Below, in pieces: positions 7,856 to 13,090 of a stretch of 13,090 nt of DNA; the stretch's first letter is position 1; the number at the start of each line of letters is the position of its first letter. The notes beneath the pieces are model-generated. The model saw only the letters and a program-made list of their open reading frames with translations. It was not told where the DNA came from and searched no databases. The position numbers and the translations under genes are program-made. The DNA lies in NCBI GenBank assembly GCA_045106895.1, contig JBGCFM010000281.1:1-13090 (forward strand), in the 5' to 3' direction. Source of the stretch: Polyangiales bacterium (lineage in GTDB: Bacteria; Myxococcota_A; Polyangia; Polyangiales; Houyiibacteriaceae).

Positions 7856-9103
7856 TCAGAGCGCTTTACGCGGCGGTAAGCTCAGGTTCGCCACAAGCAA
7901 GCCGCTCACCAGCGCGACGGCCGTGAGGAACGCGTGAAACGAGAGCGTCACCGCCGCCAGGACATCGTCCGAGAGGAACGCCGAGATCGCGCGTACGCCG
8001 ACGCTCCCTGGCACCAGCAAGAGGATACCGGGAGTCGTCGCGACGGCGGCGGGCCGGTTCCGCAGCCGCGCCCACGCGTTGCCCATCAGACCGATGACAA
8101 ATGTACCCACGCCCGCCGCTAAGATCGGCCCTCCAAAGCGTGCCAGCTCCGACGCACCGTACCCCGCGATGCCCACGCAGGTCACGAAGAGCACGTCCCG
8201 TTTGCGAACGTTCAGCAACACCAGTAGCGGAGCGATGGAAGCGAGCATGGCCGCGAAGAGCCACCCACGGGAGAGCGCTTCGGCGCTCGTGTTCTGCACG
8301 TCCACGAGGCTCGCGATGGCGCCGCCCACCAAGGCGCCAACGCCGAGCAACATGAAGGCGGCCAAGGCCTTGGCGAGGCGCGCGGTCCCGCTCACCAAGT
8401 GACCCGTGGCAAGCTCCTTCATCGCGACGGTCATCGTCAGACCCGGAAGCAAGTAGATGATCCCGGCGATGCCGACCACCGCCGTGGAGAGCACCGGAGA
8501 GATGAGCGCCGCGACCAGACCCGAGAGCGAAGCCAGGAGCGCGCCGAGGGGCAAGAGAACGCCGGCGAGTCCGCTGTCTCGCCGAGCGGAGATCTCGAGG
8601 ACGCCCACGAGTGTCCCCGCCACGAGCGCCGCCCCCGCTTCGGCAAAGCCGCCGCCAAGAAGCAGCGCTGCGGCGCCGGCCAGGAGCGCATGCCCAAGCA
8701 AGCGGAGCGGCATCGCGTAGCCGCCTGGCTCATCGAGTATCGCCTTCACACGACGCGAGCCTTCTTCGACGCTCGTGTCGCCGCCAGCGACGTCTTGCGC
8801 GACTACGTCCAAATCCGCCAAGCGACCGAGGTCGAGGTCGGAGCTCTCCGGTGCGATGAGCCCCATCTTCTGGTCGGGGACCTCGCCAAAGGCGCAGAAG
8901 ATCGCCGTCGGCGTCGCGAAGAACTCACTCTGAACCCCGAGCTCTTTCGCCACAGCTCCAAGGAGTGCTTCGAGGCGATGGCTCGGAGTCCCATAGGCGT
9001 GAAGCGCGCCGGCGAGATCATAGATAAAGCGCAGCCGAGGCCCCTCGAGCTTCTCTCGATCTAAGTTGGAACTCGGTCCCATGCCGCCTATCTGAGGCGA
9101 CAC
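7856..9103 (-). CDS. thrE: threonine/serine exporter family protein (ThrE + ThrE_2 domains)
   Basis: Family motifs LAGALHAYGTPSHRLE, FFATPTAIF, DLGRLADLD, IYLLPGLTMTVAMKELATGHLVSGTARL and PGILLLVPGSVG, with about 10 hydrophobic segments. The true start may be ATG 9082 rather than GTG 9103. Confidence 0.88.
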   Translation of the reverse strand: MSPQIGGMGPSSNLDREKLEGPRLRFIYDLAGALHAYGTPSHRLEALLGAVAKELGVQSEFFATPTAIFCAFGEVPDQKMGLIAPESSDLDLGRLADLDVVAQDVAGGDTSVEEGSRRVKAILDEPGGYAMPLRLLGHALLAGAAALLLGGGFAEAGAALVAGTLVGVLEISARRDSGLAGVLLPLGALLASLSGLVAALISPVLSTAVVGIAGIIYLLPGLTMTVAMKELATGHLVSGTARLAKALAAFMLLGVGALVGGAIASLVDVQNTSAEALSRGWLFAAMLASIAPLLVLLNVRKRDVLFVTCVGIAGYGASELARFGGPILAAGVGTFVIGLMGNAWARLRNRPAAVATTPGILLLVPGSVGVRAISAFLSDDVLAAVTLSFHAFLTAVALVSGLLVANLSLPPRKAL

Positions 9104-9131
9104 CCCCCGTGTGTCGAGGGAGATCGACTCG

Positions 9132-9199
9132 AGGCCACCGGCGATGGAGGCACCACCCCATGTACCGTCCCCAAGCCCGCCGTCTACTTCGACCGATTA
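9132..9199. repeat. 68-bp direct repeat, copy 1
   Basis: aggccaccggcgatggaggcaccaccccatgtaccgtccccaagcccgccgtctacttcgaccgatta; 67/68 identical to 9430-9497. Confidence 0.95.
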
Positions 9200-9338
9200 C
9201 TCAGTGTGCTAGCGATAGTTGGATAGCTCCAAGGCGTAAGCCTCGGACCCTGAGCCACACCCGGCGATCGACGTAGGTCGCAGACCTATCGGAGACCGCC
9301 CCCCTCCCCCAGTTCATGATGGCTTGGCCACGTACGAA

Positions 9339-9476
9339 AGGCTTGGGGACGGTACGTGGGGTGGGGCCGACTCCGCCGCACGAGCCAACTCGTTGGCGCG
9401 TCCTGTCGCGTCGCCGAAGGCGAGAAGACAGGCCACCGGCGATGGAGGCACCACCCCATGTACCGTCCCCAAGCCT
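9339..9476. repeat. long inverted repeat / branched hairpin (REP/REPIN- or MITE-like element, or structured RNA)
   Basis: 9339-9364 (aggcttggggacggtacgtggggtgg) is the reverse complement of 9451-9476 except for one G-T pair. Internal stems include acgag/ctcgt, cctgtc/gacagg and tcgcc/ggcga. Confidence 0.85.
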
Positions 9477-9497
9477 GCCGTCTACTTCGACCGATTA
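9430..9497. repeat. 68-bp direct repeat, copy 2
   Basis: Same unit as 9132-9199, offset 298 bp, with one C/T difference. Confidence 0.95.
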
Positions 9498-9539
9498 ATG
9501 TGAAAGCGACCGTTTGATAGCGACGCTTATCACGAACGA

Positions 9540-10763
9540 CTACTCGCAGCTTTGGGGTTCCATCGCCGCGATCCAGCGACGGATCAAAGCCACCGCCTCG
9601 GTGTCCTGAAGGGAGCGCCCGATGAGCGGCATCATGGCGCCAATATCGACGGTGGCCATGCGGAAGAAGAGGATGGACTCGTCTGGGTTCCCCGGGACGA
9701 GGTCGTAGGTGAGACCGCCGGTGCCTTCACCCGCGGAACCAGGCCGCTTGCAGATCCCAAGTCGGAAGGCGTCTTCGCTGTCGTAGTTCAAGAAGAGCTG
9801 CGAGGTCACGCCCTGAGGTCCCAGTGGGTCGTGGCAGTGCGAACAGTTGATGTCCAAGTAGTCGCGTGCGGCGCGGTCCACGTCTTCGGCAGGAATTCCA
9901 TCGGCGCCAAGGCTTTGAACCTGGCGATAATCGTAGGTCGCGTCGAGCCCTTCGAGAGGCGGCAAGCCCGTGAGCATGCCGAGGTCGGCCATGTGCTGAA
10001 GCTGATTCGCGCTGCCGCTCTCAAACGCGTACTCGCGGTTTAGGTGGCGCCCTCGAGGCCCAATGGGCGTCATCGCGGAGGACTCATCGGGTCCGACGTT
10101 GCGCTCGTGACAGGTGCTGCACTGATTGCGCTGGGGGATGAGGTAGTTCGCCGTCTGCATCTCTCCGTCGGGGTCGATGAAATCGATGGCGCGAGTCGCT
10201 CCACCCAGGCTCAACACGGCGTCGTTCTGCTCTTCGTTCCAGATATACGGCCAAGCCTCCCATCCTTCTTCGTTGAGCCGAAGCACGCGCGTCTCGATGA
10301 GGTGCTGGTCGTCCGAGGGCTCTCGAAAATCGTCCGGGAAATAGAACGTCTTCACGATGACGCTGCCGAGAGGAAACGTAAGGGGACCGTCATCGACCCA
10401 CTCGATGGCGCTGCCTTCAGGCACGTAGATGGCACGAGCCTTCAGCGCGAAGTCCGTGAAGAGCGGAGTGTTCAGCTCGTAAGGGACGAGGCCTTCGTTG
10501 TATTGAAGCTCCTCGCCATCCCAATGCATGAGCTGCATCTCGGAGAGCATCGCGGGAGGACGCTCGCTCAAATCGATGAGGATAGGCCCATCAAAGGTAG
10601 GACCGGCATCCTCGCCGCCTACATCCACGGGTGCATCCTCACCGCCGACGTCGACGACGGGCACATCTTCAGCGCCCGCATCAAGCGGAACGCTCGTGTC
10701 GTCGTCGCCACAGCCGAGTGCTGCGCTCGCGAGAACTAGGGCGACGGCGACGGCGTGCTTCAT
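9540..10763 (-). CDS. SO2930/HNE_0200-family (TIGR03806-like) diheme c-type cytochrome lipoprotein
   Basis: Lipobox ALGC. Motifs VPYELNTPLFTDFALKAR, FPLGSVIVKTFYF, LIETRVL, YIWNEEQ, LVPGNPDESILFFRM and MMPLIGRS. Two heme motifs, CSTCH (10107-10121) and CSHCH (9831-9845). Its start overlaps the stop of the beta-helix gene. Confidence 0.88.
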   Translation of the reverse strand: MKHAVAVALVLASAALGCGDDDTSVPLDAGAEDVPVVDVGGEDAPVDVGGEDAGPTFDGPILIDLSERPPAMLSEMQLMHWDGEELQYNEGLVPYELNTPLFTDFALKARAIYVPEGSAIEWVDDGPLTFPLGSVIVKTFYFPDDFREPSDDQHLIETRVLRLNEEGWEAWPYIWNEEQNDAVLSLGGATRAIDFIDPDGEMQTANYLIPQRNQCSTCHERNVGPDESSAMTPIGPRGRHLNREYAFESGSANQLQHMADLGMLTGLPPLEGLDATYDYRQVQSLGADGIPAEDVDRAARDYLDINCSHCHDPLGPQGVTSQLFLNYDSEDAFRLGICKRPGSAGEGTGGLTYDLVPGNPDESILFFRMATVDIGAMMPLIGRSLQDTEAVALIRRWIAAMEPQSCE

Positions 10764-12259
10764 GGAAGCGTGACTTCTGCCACGGGACCACCTTCAAGCT
10801 CGGTGCAGTCGAAGGGAGCGAAGGGGGCGTCGGGAATCACGAGGTTCGGGGAGCCCGGCGTCTCGCCCTGTGTCTCGATGTCCATTTGGCCGAAGCTATT
10901 GGCCTCGGTGTTGCCACCGACGCAGATGTGGTTGTCGTTGGAGTTATTCGCCGCGACGTCTGCGTCGAACATAGACTCGCCGATACCGCCGTAAATGATG
11001 GAAGGAACCTCCGCGCCATAGAGCACGAGGAGCAGAAGCCCGAGCTCCTTGCCCGAGTCCGCCATGGTGCCGGAGCCCATGTGTGTGTTGCCCGAGACAA
11101 CGATGTTCCGGTTGCGGTTGTTCAAGATGGTTCCTTCGTCGGGACCTTCGCGAAGACCCAGGTCCTCCCAGTCGCCGACGAGGTCTTCGGTGTTGAGGAC
11201 CCAGTTGCTTTCGCCTTCAACGACGTCGCCGCTAAGAAGCGCGATGTCGACGGAGTTATTGTTCATGTACGTGTTGTTGAGGATCTCGACGCGTCGTGAT
11301 GCGAGGGTGAACGTTCCGACTCCCGCAGGGATGACGGCGACGACGCCGCCCGGGGCGAAGTTCGTCGTGTTGTTGTTGATGATCATGTTGTCGCGGATAC
11401 GAACGTCGCGGCCGACGACGGGGTTACCCGGAAGGTCGAAGACGACGATGCCGGCGGTGTTGTTTTCCGCGACGTTGTCGTAGACATCGGCAAACTGCGT
11501 GTTTTCGATTTCAAGACCCGCGACGTTTCCGCGGATGGTGTTGTTGCGAACGATGACGTTGATGCTCTGGCCCACGTAGAGGCCGGCGTCCGAAGCGTTC
11601 GTGCACACGCACTCCTCGATGAGGACGTTGCGGCAGCGCACGGGGTAGATGCCGTAGGCGCCGTTCTCCGAGTCCTCTTCGTTGGTCCAGGTCGTCTCGA
11701 CGCGGCGGTAGGTAACGCCGTCGCTGTTCTCGACGCGGATGGCGTCTTTGGGCGCGTCCAAGACCGTGAGGTCCGCGATGACGAAGTCGTCGCCAATGAC
11801 GTCGACGCCGTTGACCTGCGTAGTCACGCCACCGAAGGAGAGCGTGGTCAGGCCCATGCCCTGGCCCACGATGGTGATCGAGTCCTCGCGAATGGTCACG
11901 GAGTTGTCGAGCCGGTAGGTGCCAGCGGCGAGGAGAATGCACGTGTCCGGCGACAGGTCGTTGACCGCGTTGATGAGCGCGGCAGAGTCACTCTGGGCGA
12001 TTCGAACCTCGTTGGTGCGCCCGAGATCGTCGCAGGTGACGTTCGGGTAGGGAGGACCCGCGTCCATGGGACCACTGTCGTTGCCGGCGTCCATGGGTCC
12101 AGCGTCGGGTCCACTGTCCGGCCCGCCATCTTGGGTGCCGACGTCACCGGGGGAGTCGCCGTCGAAGCCGGCGTCCATGGGTTGATCGTCGTCACCACAT
12201 CCGAGGGCGCCACCGAGGGCAAGGAGAAGGGCGAGACTGGCGCAGGTGCTTAGCTTCAT
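10760..12259 (-). CDS. parallel beta-helix repeat lipoprotein (TIGR03805-like)
   Basis: Lipobox ALGC. Motifs NGAYGIYPV, ASDAGLYVGQS, NVAGLEIENT, NNTAGIVVFDLP and NNTTNFAPGGVVAVIPAGVG, with Asn-rich beta-helix repeats. Adjacent to the SO2930-like gene. Confidence 0.88.
   Translation of the reverse strand: MKLSTCASLALLLALGGALGCGDDDQPMDAGFDGDSPGDVGTQDGGPDSGPDAGPMDAGNDSGPMDAGPPYPNVTCDDLGRTNEVRIAQSDSAALINAVNDLSPDTCILLAAGTYRLDNSVTIREDSITIVGQGMGLTTLSFGGVTTQVNGVDVIGDDFVIADLTVLDAPKDAIRVENSDGVTYRRVETTWTNEEDSENGAYGIYPVRCRNVLIEECVCTNASDAGLYVGQSINVIVRNNTIRGNVAGLEIENTQFADVYDNVAENNTAGIVVFDLPGNPVVGRDVRIRDNMIINNNTTNFAPGGVVAVIPAGVGTFTLASRRVEILNNTYMNNNSVDIALLSGDVVEGESNWVLNTEDLVGDWEDLGLREGPDEGTILNNRNRNIVVSGNTHMGSGTMADSGKELGLLLLVLYGAEVPSIIYGGIGESMFDADVAANNSNDNHICVGGNTEANSFGQMDIETQGETPGSPNLVIPDAPFAPFDCTELEGGPVAEVTLP
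12058..12183 (-). repeat. low-complexity coding repeats (PMDAG / DSGP acidic linker)
   Basis: PMDAG occurs three times and DSGP twice after the lipobox. The DNA 15-mer ccggcgtccatgggt occurs twice. Confidence 0.7.
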
Positions 12260-12305
12260 CCTCCAACCATTCCATTCACGCCAGCGGCGCGCAAGAATAG
12301 GGGGC

Positions 12306-12602
12306 TCAGATCAGCACATCCGCTGCTTTTTCCTCCCATTTCTCGAACAGCGCGACGACGTAGGAGCAGTGCGGCTGAATGCGAAAGCCCTCGGAGCGAG
12401 CCCGGGCCACGGCATCGAGCACCAGCATCTGGGCCAGTCCTTTGCCGCGGAGCGGCAGCGCCACCTCCGAGTGGTCGATGTGCATCACGCCATCGAGCCA
12501 GCGGTACTCAAGTTTGCCGAGGGCTTTGTCTTCAGGCGTTAGGAGGAGCAGGCGCCCGCCGGATGCACTGTCTTGCTGTTCTACTCGGAGTTGCTCATTC
12601 AT
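12306..12602 (-). CDS. small GNAT N-acetyltransferase, YjdJ-like (Acetyltransf_CG)
   Basis: MNEQLRVEQ... (98 aa) with IDHSEVALPLRGKGLAQML and IQPHCSYV. ATGA overlap with the AI-2E stop at 12599-12602. Confidence 0.88.
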   Translation of the reverse strand: MNEQLRVEQQDSASGGRLLLLTPEDKALGKLEYRWLDGVMHIDHSEVALPLRGKGLAQMLVLDAVARARSEGFRIQPHCSYVVALFEKWEEKAADVLI

Positions 12603-13090
12603 TCTGGCACCAGTGATTGTCGACGTTTCGGGGGTGTGCGCGTCGTGACGAGATCCGACATCCAACGGAAACGCTGAGACTCGCGCGCGAGGGCGAGGAG
12701 AAAGACCGTGCACGGGACGGCGATGAGCGCGCCGCCGAGGCCCCACACCCAGCCCCAAAACGCGAGGGCCGCGAAGGCCACCAAACTAGAGAGCTGGAAG
12801 TTTCGACCGAGCACCCACGGCTCGAGCCAGTTCCCGATCATGAACTGAATGCTGCCCAACGAGAAAAAGAGCGCGACGCCCGCGCCCGGCGAGATGTCTG
12901 CAAATGCGATCATTGCGGGTGGGACGACCGCGATGAGTGAACCGATGTTCGGAATGTAGTTGAGGAAGAACGTCAGCAGGCCCCAGACATGTGGGTCACG
13001 AACGCCAAACGCCCACGTGACTGCCACAGTCAAACAACCCGTCAGCAGACTCATCATCGTGTGAATCAACATGTAGGAGCGGAAGAAGCC
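12599..13090 (-). CDS. AI-2E family (PerM-like) transporter, 5'-partial
   Basis: Motifs WGLLTFFLNYIPNIGS, IGNWLEPWVLG and FWGWVWGLGGALIAVP. The frame is open to the window edge (GFFRSY precedes the M at 13072). Confidence 0.9.
   Translation of the reverse strand, partial: GFFRSYMLIHTMMSLLTGCLTVAVTWAFGVRDPHVWGLLTFFLNYIPNIGSLIAVVPPAMIAFADISPGAGVALFFSLGSIQFMIGNWLEPWVLGRNFQLSSLVAFAALAFWGWVWGLGGALIAVPCTVFLLALARESQRFRWMSDLVTTRTPPKRRQSLVPE

Noticed and set aside
9221..9300. tRNA-like sequence (ggatagctc..., gtagg-N7-cctat)
   Set aside because: No TTCG T-loop consensus, acceptor stem or anticodon arm.
9132..9497. CRISPR array
   Set aside because: Only two direct copies, each 68 bp and separated by 230 bp, and no cas genes.
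9316..9498. 60-aa ORF / Ser-Thr-Pro-rich peptide MEAPPHVPSPSLPSTSTD as a thrE attenuator leader
   Set aside because: It is on the strand opposite thrE and lies within the repeat element. The minus-strand 38-codon ORF in the spacer is not Thr/Ser-rich.
12603..12758. Extended start (12758) for the GNAT
   Set aside because: It overlaps the AI-2E gene. ATG 12602 gives a typical ~100-aa YjdJ-like protein.

Overview
GC-rich bacterial window. Gene content and the acidic 'DAG'-repeat lipoprotein linkers suggest Myxococcota (Polyangiales/Sandaracinaceae-like); this is an inference. The left end carries the 3' part of a DUF1592/DUF1588/DUF1585 CxxCH protein coupled to a Tat-type DUF1552 (HXXSHH family) protein. 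An apparently accessory block (~2430-7850) follows, with an LRR-like hypothetical, a lipoprotein, a 5'-truncated trypsin-like protease, a Cache-type sensor kinase plus single-domain response regulator, and a membrane protein preceded by a diverged, truncated copy of its own N-terminus. The minus strand then carries a ThrE-family exporter, a TIGR03805/TIGR03806-type pair (parallel beta-helix lipoprotein + SO2930-like diheme cytochrome c lipoprotein), a YjdJ-like GNAT and a partial AI-2E transporter. The most notable non-coding feature lies at 9132-9521: a 68-bp near-perfect direct repeat with an inverted 26-bp arm between the copies, forming a large branched hairpin upstream of the ThrE gene. 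All family calls come from motif recognition by eye, not database searches.
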